Assembly (NCBI GenBank): GCA_964469295.1
Contig: CAYXYJ010000002.1
Location: forward strand, 15,641 to 79,640
Source of the DNA: an uncultured Candidatus Saccharibacteria bacterium
GTDB taxonomy: Bacteria; Patescibacteriota; Minisyncoccia; Phycocordibacterales; UBA918
Length of the DNA stretch: 64,000 nt
Reading direction: 5' to 3'
Shown here: in pieces, positions 36,738 through 46,552 of the stretch
How positions within the stretch are numbered: the first letter of the stretch is position 1
How the letters are laid out: the number at the start of each line of letters is the position of its first letter
Program-made: the position numbers and the translations under genes
Notes under the pieces: generated by a model
The model's input: only the letters and a program-made list of their open reading frames with translations
Told to the model about the DNA's origin: nothing
Databases searched by the model: none

Positions 36738-39494
36738 TTATTCTGCTGTATTTTCACCATCACTCAATGCATCGCCACTCTGACTTGGTGCGGATTCCAG
36801 GCTAGCATCTGACGACGTTTCTACTGCATCACCCGTCGACACTGCAGTATCTTCATCCGTCGCTTCAAAAGCATCGTTTTCCTGATTGTCTTCGTCAACA
36901 TCATTATTACTGGTCGCACTGTCATTAGCCCCACCTGAAGAAACCGGTACTGATACTTCCTGTAAAGTTTCTTCGACAGCGTCTAACCGGCTGCGTAATT
37001 CAGCATTTTCGACTTCGAGTTCAGTAATACGATCTTCATGTCCGCTGACGGTCTGCCATAATTCCTTGATGGCTTCGACCACTACCGCTACCATATTTTT
37101 GGTATTAAGCGACCAATAATCACCTCCCTTACTGACTACTTCTGGTAACACCGTATCAACTTCCTGCGCAATAAATCCAATTTCAGTTTGCTCGCCAAAC
37201 CGTTCTGCATCTTTCCATTCATACCGCACGCCCCGCAACTGTAAAACTAAATCAAGCGCATCTTCGATTTCAACCACATTTTTCTTTAATCGAGCATCTG
37301 ACGCATCGCGAATAATATTTCCGTTGGCGTCAGTGGTAAGGTTCGTGGCGCCACCAAGCAAATTTGATGCCAGAATCGTACCATCAACTGTCAATGCTGT
37401 TGATGGTGTTGATGTACCAATACCGACATGGTTGGTACCACCATTTACATACAAGGTCGGTACTGAGGAAGACCCGACTTGGAAATTACCCCAGACATCC
37501 AAAGTAGTTGCTGGTGAAGAGGTGCCAATACCGACAAATCCAGTTGTGGCCGGAATACGCATCGCTTCTAACGATGCCGATACACCGTAGTTAAATACAA
37601 TCGCTGCGTTAGCGTTCGGATTAATGTTGGTCGAACTACGCAAGACTAACTGATTCCCTTGACCAGAACCACCACGAAGAAGTGGAGCAGTTACTGTACC
37701 AGTAAACGTTGGAGACGCACTGAAAACGATAGAACCAGCATTACCAGTTTCGTCAGTGATGGCGTTTGCTAGGTTTGCACTCGACATCACAGCCAACGTC
37801 GTTGATACACCACTACCCAACCCACTAATTCCTGTCGCTATTGGTAGATTCGATGCGTTGGTGAGATCAACAGTTGATGGTGTACCCAAATTCGGCGTCA
37901 CCAAAGTTGGCGACTGAGCAAATACCGTTGCCCCAGTTCCCGTTTCATCAGACAGCAAACCAGCCAATTGTGATGATGTAGTGAATAACGGACTTAACCC
38001 CAGTGATGAAGTCGACACAGTAAGAGTATTTCCAGCCCAACTTAATCCGGTACCGGTGACAATGCGCGTACTTGGCGTATTGTAAAAATTATTCCAGTTG
38101 GTAGTTGACGCTACCAGCGAAATTTCGTAGCCGGAAGAAAGCACCAATTCATCCGACGCCAACGCCAATCCAGTAGCACCAACACTAAAATTGGTGTGAG
38201 CGGAAATATCAACCGACGCACTATCTAACGTACATTCGATACTGTCACAACTGAAACTACCGAAATCCGTTACAGCCATTTCCGTTGGATCAATATATGA
38301 TCCAAACGCTGACCCACCAGAAATACCAAGCGATGATGTCGCTACCCACGTTGGTACCCCACCAACAACAGACAACACATCGCCAGTGTTTCCAATCGCG
38401 CGTCTTGCGAGTACGCCTGCTCCCGATGAGTACAAAATATCACCAGTGACATATACAGAGAGTCCTGTGCCGCCATAGGTCGTTCCGATTACGTCACCAT
38501 TCCACAACCCATCGGTGATCGTCCCCGTCGCCGATACCAAAAATTGCGAACCGGCGGTTGGACCAACTGTGAGGAGTGATGATGGAGTGGTGGTGCCGAT
38601 ACCCACATTCCCCGTCAATCGATACACATCCGTACCATTACCGTCCCAAGAACTACTGGCATTACCCGCCGTCAGTGATGAACCATTCCAATACAATGAC
38701 CCGCCTTGCGCGTACAAGCGATTAGTAACTGTGCCCGGCGTAAAATTATCGAGATACAACGCCCCGCCGACCACAGACAATAATTCTGGTGGCGTAGTGG
38801 TGCCAATACCTAAACGACCATTCGCGTCCACAAATAATCCTTCATCGTCACCATCACCAGACAAATGATAATTCCCAAGCGCCAGATTAGAACCAATTGG
38901 TCCAGCAAATACCGGCAACGTCAGGGTGGCGCCTGACAATTCGGAAACGTGAATATCATCAAATTTCGCTTTTACGTAATCAGACAATGAATCACTTGTG
39001 CGTTCGGCTTGTTTGTCAATTAACGTTTCTAGTCTGTTGATTTCGTGATGCCATAATTCGTTGCTTTGCAACAATAATCCAGTTTGTCGCCACAGCCACA
39101 TCGTATTCAAATCGCTATCAGCAGAAGATACCGTATATGAGTTTGATAACGGTCGATTTCCAGTTTCGATTGGTGATAGTGTGGTGGTGGCAACACCACG
39201 AACTTGTGCCGTTGGTGTAAAAAGAGAAATATCCGGCTCGCCAGAAGTAATGACCGTAGAGTAATCGGTTGCGTGGTTTACTGGTGTAGGAGCAGTAGAT
39301 ATATATCGATCACTAATGAGTGGAGCCTCGTAGCAATGATCCAGCCATCCCAACAAGACCGGAAAAGTTTGACACCACGTTTGCACCGAAAACCACGACG
39401 CCGCCACAAGCTGTGGTAGCAAAAAACCAACGGCTACAACCGATACGATTATCGTACACAAGAAAAAAGATTGAGGCCTGTCACAACCATTCAT
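36738..39494 (-). CDS. Surface-fibre-like protein with C-terminal phage tail-fibre intramolecular chaperone (peptidase S74) domain
   Basis: N-terminal TM/signal; long Gly/Thr/Ser-rich repeat region (GIGTTTP, LYWNGSSLTAG); ~37060-37310 encodes SDARLKKNVVEIEDALDLVLQLRGVRYEWKD...EIGFIAQEVDTVLPEVV...VVEAIKELW, matching the S74 endosialidase-chaperone consensus; coiled coil and acidic tail follow. Confidence 0.55.
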   Translation of the reverse strand: MNGCDRPQSFFLCTIIVSVVAVGFLLPQLVAASWFSVQTWCQTFPVLLGWLDHCYEAPLISDRYISTAPTPVNHATDYSTVITSGEPDISLFTPTAQVRGVATTTLSPIETGNRPLSNSYTVSSADSDLNTMWLWRQTGLLLQSNELWHHEINRLETLIDKQAERTSDSLSDYVKAKFDDIHVSELSGATLTLPVFAGPIGSNLALGNYHLSGDGDDEGLFVDANGRLGIGTTTPPELLSVVGGALYLDNFTPGTVTNRLYAQGGSLYWNGSSLTAGNASSSWDGNGTDVYRLTGNVGIGTTTPSSLLTVGPTAGSQFLVSATGTITDGLWNGDVIGTTYGGTGLSVYVTGDILYSSGAGVLARRAIGNTGDVLSVVGGVPTWVATSSLGISGGSAFGSYIDPTEMAVTDFGSFSCDSIECTLDSASVDISAHTNFSVGATGLALASDELVLSSGYEISLVASTTNWNNFYNTPSTRIVTGTGLSWAGNTLTVSTSSLGLSPLFTTSSQLAGLLSDETGTGATVFAQSPTLVTPNLGTPSTVDLTNASNLPIATGISGLGSGVSTTLAVMSSANLANAITDETGNAGSIVFSASPTFTGTVTAPLLRGGSGQGNQLVLRSSTNINPNANAAIVFNYGVSASLEAMRIPATTGFVGIGTSSPATTLDVWGNFQVGSSSVPTLYVNGGTNHVGIGTSTPSTALTVDGTILASNLLGGATNLTTDANGNIIRDASDARLKKNVVEIEDALDLVLQLRGVRYEWKDAERFGEQTEIGFIAQEVDTVLPEVVSKGGDYWSLNTKNMVAVVVEAIKELWQTVSGHEDRITELEVENAELRSRLDAVEETLQEVSVPVSSGGANDSATSNNDVDEDNQENDAFEATDEDTAVSTGDAVETSSDASLESAPSQSGDALSDGENTAE

Positions 39495-39530
39495 ATCATT
39501 CTAGTATAGCCTACAAAACGTACCTGATTG

Positions 39531-40226
39531 TTAGTTATCCAACCCCTTCCGCCACCTTTCAATTTCGGCATGATTCCCTTTTAGTAGTACTTCTGGTACT
39601 AAAAATTTTTGTTTTTTATATAACAAAACATCTGGTCGCGTATACGTTACACCGTTTGTGACTCGCTCGTCTTCAAGTGATTCAAACGTGCCGAGTACAC
39701 CCGGAATTTGGCGAGCCACGCTATCAATAATGGTTAATGCTGGCAATTCGCCACCTGTGAGCACGTAGTCGCCGACTGATACTTCTTCGGCATCAAGCAC
39801 TTCCTTCACTCGAGCATCAATTCCCTCGTACCGTCCACTGATTACTACAAGATGGTCGTATTCACTTGCCCATTTTTTGGCTAAACCGTTCGTGAAATTT
39901 GTCCCACGTGGCGACATGATAAGTGTCTTTACTTTCCCATTTTTAATAGCGGTTGATTTTTTACCCACCGCAGTTTGCCACGCGCGCAAAATAGGTTCAG
40001 CCATCATGACCATACCCGGTCCGCCGCCAAATGGTCGTTCATCAACTTTACGGTGTTTATCAGTCGTAAAATCACGAGGATTGTAATAAGACACAGTTAT
40101 TTTCTGGCCGCGAACTTTGGCGCCTTTCCCTTTGTCAATTTTCTGCGCCCGCCCTAAGACACTGGCGTCAGTATACGCTTGGCAAAGCTCCGGAAAAATA
40201 GTAATAACATGAAAATGCATGGTCAA
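39531..40226 (-). CDS. trmD: tRNA (guanine37-N1)-methyltransferase
   Basis: MHFHVITIFPE, SPRGT, GGGPGMVMM motifs. Confidence 0.85.
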   Translation of the reverse strand: MTMHFHVITIFPELCQAYTDASVLGRAQKIDKGKGAKVRGQKITVSYYNPRDFTTDKHRKVDERPFGGGPGMVMMAEPILRAWQTAVGKKSTAIKNGKVKTLIMSPRGTNFTNGLAKKWASEYDHLVVISGRYEGIDARVKEVLDAEEVSVGDYVLTGGELPALTIIDSVARQIPGVLGTFESLEDERVTNGVTYTRPDVLLYKKQKFLVPEVLLKGNHAEIERWRKGLDN

Positions 40227-40283
40227 AGATTAACATAAAAGCGGGCGGCACTAAAGGTGCCGCCCGCTTTTATGTTTCGCCCT

Positions 40284-40634
40284 TTATATTTTCAGGTCGT
40301 CGATGGCCTCGTCCAAACTCTTGGTGGCCGATGTTACCATCCCTTCGTCTTCCATGGCATCACTCATGTCACGAGTCATTCCCTTACCTCCCTCTGGTTC
40401 GTTAATTTTTAGATTTACTCGTGCATCGTGTTTCATCCCCACCACCCGCAACAATGTGCGGATAGCTTTGGCGGTATTACCGGAACGACCAATAATCTTA
40501 CCCATATCATCAGCATGAACATCAAGCGTGAGGAGAACTCCCATCTCATCCACTGTGCGATTGATGCGAACAGCATCTGGATTATCGACAAGTGCCTTTA
40601 CTACCGTTTCAAGAAACTGCTGATCTTCGTACAT
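40284..40634 (-). CDS. khpA: KH-domain RNA-binding protein KhpA (YlqC) with acidic C-terminal tail
   Basis: GKIIGRSGNTAKAIRTL KH GXXG loop; sits between rpsP and trmD as in canonical operons. Confidence 0.7.
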   Translation of the reverse strand: MYEDQQFLETVVKALVDNPDAVRINRTVDEMGVLLTLDVHADDMGKIIGRSGNTAKAIRTLLRVVGMKHDARVNLKINEPEGGKGMTRDMSDAMEDEGMVTSATKSLDEAIDDLKI

Positions 40635-40735
40635 ATTTATCGTTACTATCGTGTAAATCGGTCAGTCGGAAGCGGAGGTACTGCATCCATAAGCGACCGT
40701 TACATATATCGTACGAGTCATTAGGAAAATCGTCA

Positions 40736-40775
40736 ACCAAAAACCGGGCACAAGTGCCCGGTTTTTGGTTGATAT
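40736..40775 (-). terminator. Intercistronic hairpin/attenuator between rpsP and khpA
   Basis: aaccaaaaaccgggcac aa gtgcccggtttttggtt. Confidence 0.4.
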
Positions 40776-40783
40776 GTATTACT

Positions 40784-41218
40784 TTATGCCGGTGTTTCTT
40801 CAGTAGTTGGTGTAGCGTCAGCCGGTTCTGCCGCGGCCGCTTTTTCGGCTGCTTCCGCCTCAGCTTTAGCTTTAGCATCTGCTTCGGCTTTCGCTTTTGC
40901 GTCTGCCTCAGCTTTTAATTTGGCTTCGTCGATAATCGGCGACTTCTTTGGCAATACATTTTTCTTCTTTCCGTCAATCAATTTTTGACTCACCAACATG
41001 TTATACACCGTTTCTGATGGCTGCACACCATGAGACAACCAGTGTTTCGCTCGCTCGCCATTAATTGTCACTTTGCCTGCTTTTGGTTCATAGGAACCAA
41101 GAAGGTCAACGGTTTTATTACTTTTGACACTTGTACGCTTATCAACCACTACAATTCGGTAGCTAGGGTTGTTTTTGCGACCAACTCGCTTTAAACGCAT
41201 CATTAACATAGTGGGCAA
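40784..41218 (-). CDS. rpsP: 30S ribosomal protein S16 with C-terminal KAEADAKA repeat extension
   Basis: MRLKRVGRKNNPSYRIVVVD matches the S16 N-terminus (start may be 41200); ~60-aa Ala/Lys/Glu-rich tail from 24-nt DNA repeats. Confidence 0.85.
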   Translation of the reverse strand: MPTMLMMRLKRVGRKNNPSYRIVVVDKRTSVKSNKTVDLLGSYEPKAGKVTINGERAKHWLSHGVQPSETVYNMLVSQKLIDGKKKNVLPKKSPIIDEAKLKAEADAKAKAEADAKAKAEAEAAEKAAAAEPADATPTTEETPA

Positions 41219-41239
41219 AGGGTATCAGATGTTGATGAT

Positions 41240-41268
41240 TTGGTCAATAGGTGAAAGCTTGCTATACT
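41240..41268 (+). promoter_or_regulatory. Promoter for rnr (near-leaderless)
   Basis: TTGGTC, 17 nt, TATACT; ATG 8 nt after the -10 box. Confidence 0.5.
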
Positions 41269-41276
41269 CGAGCACA

Positions 41277-43214
41277 ATGAAAACTACATTTGAGGGAGTT
41301 CTTATGGTGCGCGGAAAAGGCACCGGTTTTGTGTCGTTACCTGACCACGAAGAAGACATTATTATCGAACGAGAATCATTAGGTTTTGGACTTGATGGCG
41401 ACACTGTTGAAATTGAACTGAAGAAGAAAATCCCCGGCAAACGTCAGGAAGGCAAGGTACTCCGCGTCGTGACCCGAACGTGGCGTGATCTTATTGGAGT
41501 CGTCAAAGAACAAAAAGTTAACGGTAAGAGTCAATATTATTTTGCTCCAGATAATCACCGCATTCACATCCGCCCCCTCTTACCTGATGCGACTACCAAC
41601 GATCTTGGTATGAAAGTCGCGGTTGAAATTACAAGCTGGGCTAGTGAACACACTGATCCGATTGGTACGATCATTGAAACCTTGGGTCGGTCCGGTGATC
41701 ACGAAACGGAAATGCAGGCCATCATCCGCGGTGGTGGCTTTAGTAAAAATTTTCCCGAAGCCGTGCAAAAGGAAGCTCACGACTTGCACGAACGGCAAGC
41801 CACCATTTTTGCTGACGCCCTTTCTGATCCAAAACGTCGAGATATGCGAGACGTTACCACCATGACGATTGACCCCTACGATGCGAAAGATTTTGATGAT
41901 GCCTTGTCCATCAAAACCCTGGCTAACGGCAATTATGAAATTGGTGTCCATATTGCTGATGTTTCCCATTACGTCACCGCCGGCAGTGTTCTCGACCAGG
42001 AAGCCAAAGAACGCGGAACATCAGTCTATCTCGTCGATCGGGTAATTCCGATGCTCCCCGAAGTCCTCTCGAATGATTTATGTTCACTCCGCCCTCATGA
42101 AGACCGACTCGCGTTTTCGGCCGTATTCGAAATGACCGCAGACGCCCGGATTGTGAATGAATGGTATGGCCAAACAATCATCAACAGCGATCGCCGGTTC
42201 AGTTATGAAGAAGCGCAAACGGTTTTTGACAGTGGTACCGGTGATTACCATGCCGAATTAACCATTATGATGACACTCGGCAGACTATTACGAAAACGAC
42301 GATTTGCTCACGGCGCCATCGCTTTTGAACAACCCGAGGTGAAGTTTGAATTAGACGAAGCCGGCAAGCCAATCCGTGCGTACAAAAAAGTCCGTACCGA
42401 AACGATGCTCATGATTGAGGACTTTATGTTGTTAGCAAACGAACAAGTAGCAACACATATTCACACTCTCGCCAACAAACGTGGTCGAGATCACGTCTTT
42501 ATCTACCGTATACACGATGTACCAAACCCAGATAAAATTGAAGAATTGTCAATTTTTCTCCACGCGCTTGGGTATGAATTTGAAGCACCCAAAGGCATTG
42601 TTCGCGCCACCGATATCAACAAACTTCTTAGCGACGTCACTGGCACACCCGAAGAAAACCTCATCAAAACGGCCACGATTCGCTCTATGGCCAAAGCAAT
42701 TTATTCGACCAAAAACATCGGCCATTTTGGACTTGCCTTTAAATTTTACACTCACTTTACGTCGCCAATTCGCCGGTATCCCGACCTACTCGCCCACCGT
42801 CTATTACGTCTCCATCTAGATAACAGCATTATTGGTTCTGGCGAACAAGCTAAATTTGAGTCAATCAGCATTCAATCATCAAAACGAGAAATGGAAGCAG
42901 TGTCAGCCGAACGTGATTCGATAAAATTCAAACAAGTTGAATTTATGATGAACAATATTGGCAAGGAATTTGATGCCATCATTACTGGAACTGCTGATTG
43001 GGGCATCTATGTACAAGAGCAAGAGGCGCTGTGTGAAGGGATGGTGCGACTGGCGAGTATTAAAGGTGATTTTTATGAACACCAGGCGAGCAAGTTTCAG
43101 ATTCGCGGCACAAAAACCGGTAAAGTATATCGGTTAGGTGACACAGTGCGCGTCAAATTAGTCCGTGCTGACGCCGAAGAACGGCAATTGGATTTTGAAT
43201 TAGTAACGAAATAG
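41277..43214 (+). CDS. rnr: Ribonuclease R (RNB-family exoribonuclease)
   Basis: Start MKTTFEGVLMVRGKGTGFV (cold-shock-like), RNB catalytic region, C-terminal S1 domain. Confidence 0.85.
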   Translation: MKTTFEGVLMVRGKGTGFVSLPDHEEDIIIERESLGFGLDGDTVEIELKKKIPGKRQEGKVLRVVTRTWRDLIGVVKEQKVNGKSQYYFAPDNHRIHIRPLLPDATTNDLGMKVAVEITSWASEHTDPIGTIIETLGRSGDHETEMQAIIRGGGFSKNFPEAVQKEAHDLHERQATIFADALSDPKRRDMRDVTTMTIDPYDAKDFDDALSIKTLANGNYEIGVHIADVSHYVTAGSVLDQEAKERGTSVYLVDRVIPMLPEVLSNDLCSLRPHEDRLAFSAVFEMTADARIVNEWYGQTIINSDRRFSYEEAQTVFDSGTGDYHAELTIMMTLGRLLRKRRFAHGAIAFEQPEVKFELDEAGKPIRAYKKVRTETMLMIEDFMLLANEQVATHIHTLANKRGRDHVFIYRIHDVPNPDKIEELSIFLHALGYEFEAPKGIVRATDINKLLSDVTGTPEENLIKTATIRSMAKAIYSTKNIGHFGLAFKFYTHFTSPIRRYPDLLAHRLLRLHLDNSIIGSGEQAKFESISIQSSKREMEAVSAERDSIKFKQVEFMMNNIGKEFDAIITGTADWGIYVQEQEALCEGMVRLASIKGDFYEHQASKFQIRGTKTGKVYRLGDTVRVKLVRADAEERQLDFELVTK

Positions 43215-43224
43215 CAGCTGACGC

Positions 43225-43266
43225 AAAAAGCGGGCGGGGCTACGCCCCGCCCGCTTTTTGTTTCAT
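43225..43266. terminator. Bidirectional GC-clamp terminator
   Basis: aaaaagcgggcggggc tac gccccgcccgcttttt. Confidence 0.65.
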
Positions 43267-43276
43267 TTTAACATTC

Positions 43277-45637
43277 CTACACTTCCTGCGCCAACGGTAT
43301 CACCTCGACCGTGGTTTGGGCTCTCGTGGCACCACAGGTAATGGTGAAGGTTTGAGTGCTTTGGAGAGGGTTTGAGGTGTGGGTACCGGCCAGTTCGTCG
43401 GTGATGGTACTTGGACTACTGGGGTACACAATAGGAGCCGTTGGCATACCAGGGCCAGTGAGGGTACAGGACGTTGGATTAACACCGCGGATACTGTACG
43501 TGATGGTGGCAGTGCCGTTGTAACGGACGATGCGGGGGTTGGCGGTGATGGTCAGGGTTGGGGGTTGTACTAGGGATTCTGAGAGACCTCCGGGGTTGTG
43601 AGAGCCATCTGGATACCAGCACGCAGGGTCAAGAGCATCGGCATAATCGTCTTCGGAATCGTCGTTATCGTGACCGTCGGAGCATTCGGGAGGAACAATT
43701 TGGTTAATAGTAATGGACACAATTGGACTTTCGTTATTGTTGCGAGTTTGTTCACCAAGTGCCGTTACATTGTCAGGATTAGCGATTAATCGGAATTGGT
43801 GCTCTCCTACCGTTAACTTATTTTGATCCAGAGAAAATGACCCCGATGATCTTCCAGCAAGTATCGGCTGTACCGTACCATTGGCCACCGGTCCCCAAGC
43901 CGACCAAGCCAGACTACCAACCGCTCGCTGACGAGCCATCAATCTATAGGGTACCGTAACGCCAGCCGGAGTATCATTACCTATGTTGTGAAGCTGACCA
44001 GTTAGCACAGTGCGGTCACATGACCCGTCAACTGGAGTGGTACAGGTACGTTGTAATACCAATGACGCTTGGTAATCTGGGTAGTCACCAATCACTAATA
44101 CGTTTTCCGTATCCGTTAATGGCGTACCATCGGTACCAGTACAATTTAACGTAAAGGTGAACGAACCGAGATTGGTGGCGGGAATGACCTGAAAACCACT
44201 TTCACTCTTTATCCCCAACCAAGCGCCAGACGCACGACAGGTACCTGGTCGAATATGTTGACCAAACCAGGTTAATAGAATATCTTCACCCATTTTGACC
44301 GTTGAAGAAAGAACATTAAGATACAAAATGGGGGTATCTGCCGAAACTGTCACATAATAATTCTGCCAAGGCGTCGTGTTGTTGGCGCGAGAAGTTGGAT
44401 CAGTTTCTACTGTCGATGCCGGATCAACTAGCATCCGTACCCGCCAAGCCCCAGTAGTGGTATGACGAATATTGTTAAAATTTTGATTAACAATAGCGCC
44501 TACTGCCAAACCAGAGACGGTTGTATCAATCGCGAAATCGTTGTTACGGCCGTTCGTAAAGCCATCACGACCATAATCAAATTGTAATGTTACTGGCACA
44601 TCACCAGTAGCGGGTGCCGTGCCCAAATTTTGCACAGTACCGCGAATTGTATATGGTTGGTTCACAATCTGATCAGGCACAATCGGCAAAGAGCTAGCCA
44701 AATCAATAGCAGGATTTGGCAAAGCTGGACAATTCACCGCAAAGGATTTAATCGTATCATTCCAGCCCGCATTGGCCATAAGGGCACTTGTCGGAGCACT
44801 TGATGGACCATACATGAGTGCATAGATTGTATCACCACGACGGCACGTACCACCAGTGCAAGTAAAGTTGCCGCTGATATTGAAATCATTCAATAATCGC
44901 TCAGTTGTCAAAGTACCCCAGTGGGATCGATTAAGTCGGTTATTATTTCGATACAAATGACTATTGATGGTTGTCGACGCCACCGTACCGCGGATAGTGA
45001 TAGTGCGAGTCCGTCCATCTTTCCACGCGACTGGAGTGGGATAACGGTAATCATACAGATAACCTGGTGACTGGCCACAATTTGGTGTGTGGTTAAAACG
45101 ACTCAAATTTGCCCACCAGTTGTCAGTTAATCCCTGTGATCTAATCCAGGGACGAAATGTATCGTACAATACTCCATCAACATAGATTTGTAGTGTGACT
45201 GGATCCAGGTGATCACGAGTATCACACGACCAACCCGAAATAACCTGACAGGTATTATTGCACCGACTGGTATCCTCTCCTGGGGCGCCAGTACACGGCA
45301 CATTCTTGTAATCATATCCACTACCATAGACATTCAGATCACCAATAATTCGCCATCGCTCATGAGTACGTGGATCCACGTACTCTGGTCCGTCATCGTC
45401 ATCGTTCCGGGGCCTAGGCGGAGTATTATTAACAGGGGCCAAAAATGGCCCCTGTTGACCATTGGACGGTTGATAGATCGTTACCATTTGACCATTAATG
45501 TTTGCTTGACCAAATACCTGACTGCCAGGAGTTAGATGCGTACTCACTATCGTTCCTTGGGCCTCTGTATACGCAATAAAAACAATGAACGAACAACTTA
45601 TAGCCATCACACTACCTAGAACTCGAGTGTATTTCAT
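43277..45637 (-). CDS. Large secreted Cys-rich hypothetical protein
   Basis: Signal peptide MKYTRVLGSVMAISCSFIVFIAYTEA; 786 aa; many Cys; acidic CSDGHDNDDSEDDYADALDPAC segment. Confidence 0.4.
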   Translation of the reverse strand: MKYTRVLGSVMAISCSFIVFIAYTEAQGTIVSTHLTPGSQVFGQANINGQMVTIYQPSNGQQGPFLAPVNNTPPRPRNDDDDGPEYVDPRTHERWRIIGDLNVYGSGYDYKNVPCTGAPGEDTSRCNNTCQVISGWSCDTRDHLDPVTLQIYVDGVLYDTFRPWIRSQGLTDNWWANLSRFNHTPNCGQSPGYLYDYRYPTPVAWKDGRTRTITIRGTVASTTINSHLYRNNNRLNRSHWGTLTTERLLNDFNISGNFTCTGGTCRRGDTIYALMYGPSSAPTSALMANAGWNDTIKSFAVNCPALPNPAIDLASSLPIVPDQIVNQPYTIRGTVQNLGTAPATGDVPVTLQFDYGRDGFTNGRNNDFAIDTTVSGLAVGAIVNQNFNNIRHTTTGAWRVRMLVDPASTVETDPTSRANNTTPWQNYYVTVSADTPILYLNVLSSTVKMGEDILLTWFGQHIRPGTCRASGAWLGIKSESGFQVIPATNLGSFTFTLNCTGTDGTPLTDTENVLVIGDYPDYQASLVLQRTCTTPVDGSCDRTVLTGQLHNIGNDTPAGVTVPYRLMARQRAVGSLAWSAWGPVANGTVQPILAGRSSGSFSLDQNKLTVGEHQFRLIANPDNVTALGEQTRNNNESPIVSITINQIVPPECSDGHDNDDSEDDYADALDPACWYPDGSHNPGGLSESLVQPPTLTITANPRIVRYNGTATITYSIRGVNPTSCTLTGPGMPTAPIVYPSSPSTITDELAGTHTSNPLQSTQTFTITCGATRAQTTVEVIPLAQEV

Positions 45638-45785
45638 ATTTTGTTAATATTATCATTCGGGACATATTCTCTTGACAAGCCTTATGTGCATAAGTTTGGA
45701 CTACTTTACTTTTTCTGGCACATGTGTTATATAATATGTCTGAACGCTAGGATCGACCTAGTGCGTAAACAAGAGGAGTTCTAAA

Positions 45786-46091
45786 TTGCATACGTGTATC
45801 ATGGCCACCTTGGCCACAATCGCGCTCACGGCAACCATCGCCAATGCGGACGTGCCCCACTGCCCCACCCAGCTGCGCCCGCCGCCCGCCGCCGTCACGT
45901 TCGGGCCGTACCTGGTCACCGGGTATGCCACCCCTGATGCTCACGCATATGGGCTGCCGAACTGCGATGCGGCTATCGACATAGCCAACACCTTGCTGTC
46001 GGCTGTGGGTGACGGCTTTGCCATCACCATCGTTGCGGTGCCCGACGGCACCTACACCGTGGCCGTGACCCGGGCTCCCGATCAAGGGTAA
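45786..46091 (+). CDS. GC-rich small secreted protein (compositionally atypical gene B)
   Basis: AGAGGAG 7 nt upstream of TTG 45786 (alternative ATG 45804); signal peptide MATLATIALTATIANA; 2 Cys in mature part; visibly GC-rich; host-like TGnTATAAT promoter ~45725. Confidence 0.45.
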   Translation: MHTCIMATLATIALTATIANADVPHCPTQLRPPPAAVTFGPYLVTGYATPDAHAYGLPNCDAAIDIANTLLSAVGDGFAITIVAVPDGTYTVAVTRAPDQG

Positions 46092-46153
46092 CCGGACATG
46101 TCACGACAATGAATCCGGCGTCATTCTTCTCAGAGTGATGCCGGATAATTCGT

Positions 46154-46552
46154 TTAATGAATTGCATCCACCACATCTTCACCAGCAGAATCGTCTATTG
46201 ATGGTCCGGATGTTTCGCCATTATTGATCTCCGTCTGATGCACCGGCTGAATCTCAATCGTGTACAAATTCGTCTCAATATTTTTGCTGACTCTAGTCGT
46301 ATACTGGACACCAATCGCTTTGATAAAAATCTCCTCCATTTCAGCCGCAATAGCAATAGCGCTTTGTTGCGAGGTGATACCCTCTACAACCATCGCGTTC
46401 CCCTCGCCCACGACCTCAATCGCACGGGTATATGAAGGCATAAAAGCCATGCCAACCAATACAGTCATAACACCCGTAATGATATGAGGATTTCTATACA
46501 GTCGTGACATATTCATATTATCGATTTTTATACGTACCATAAATCGTCTCAT
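46154..46552 (-). CDS. Hypothetical signal-anchored protein
   Basis: 132-aa ORF, one TM helix, acidic C-terminus. Confidence 0.3.
   Translation of the reverse strand: MRRFMVRIKIDNMNMSRLYRNPHIITGVMTVLVGMAFMPSYTRAIEVVGEGNAMVVEGITSQQSAIAIAAEMEEIFIKAIGVQYTTRVSKNIETNLYTIEIQPVHQTEINNGETSGPSIDDSAGEDVVDAIH

Noticed and set aside
33303-39419. Numerous 60-130-aa ORFs on both strands inside rpoB, rpoC and the fibre gene
   Set aside because: Fully embedded in or antisense to long, well-supported CDSs; treated as spurious.
40784-41218. C-terminal KAEADAKA repeats of S16 as a separate feature or gene
   Set aside because: In frame with rpsP and typical of ribosomal protein tail extensions in this kind of genome; noted within the rpsP feature only.
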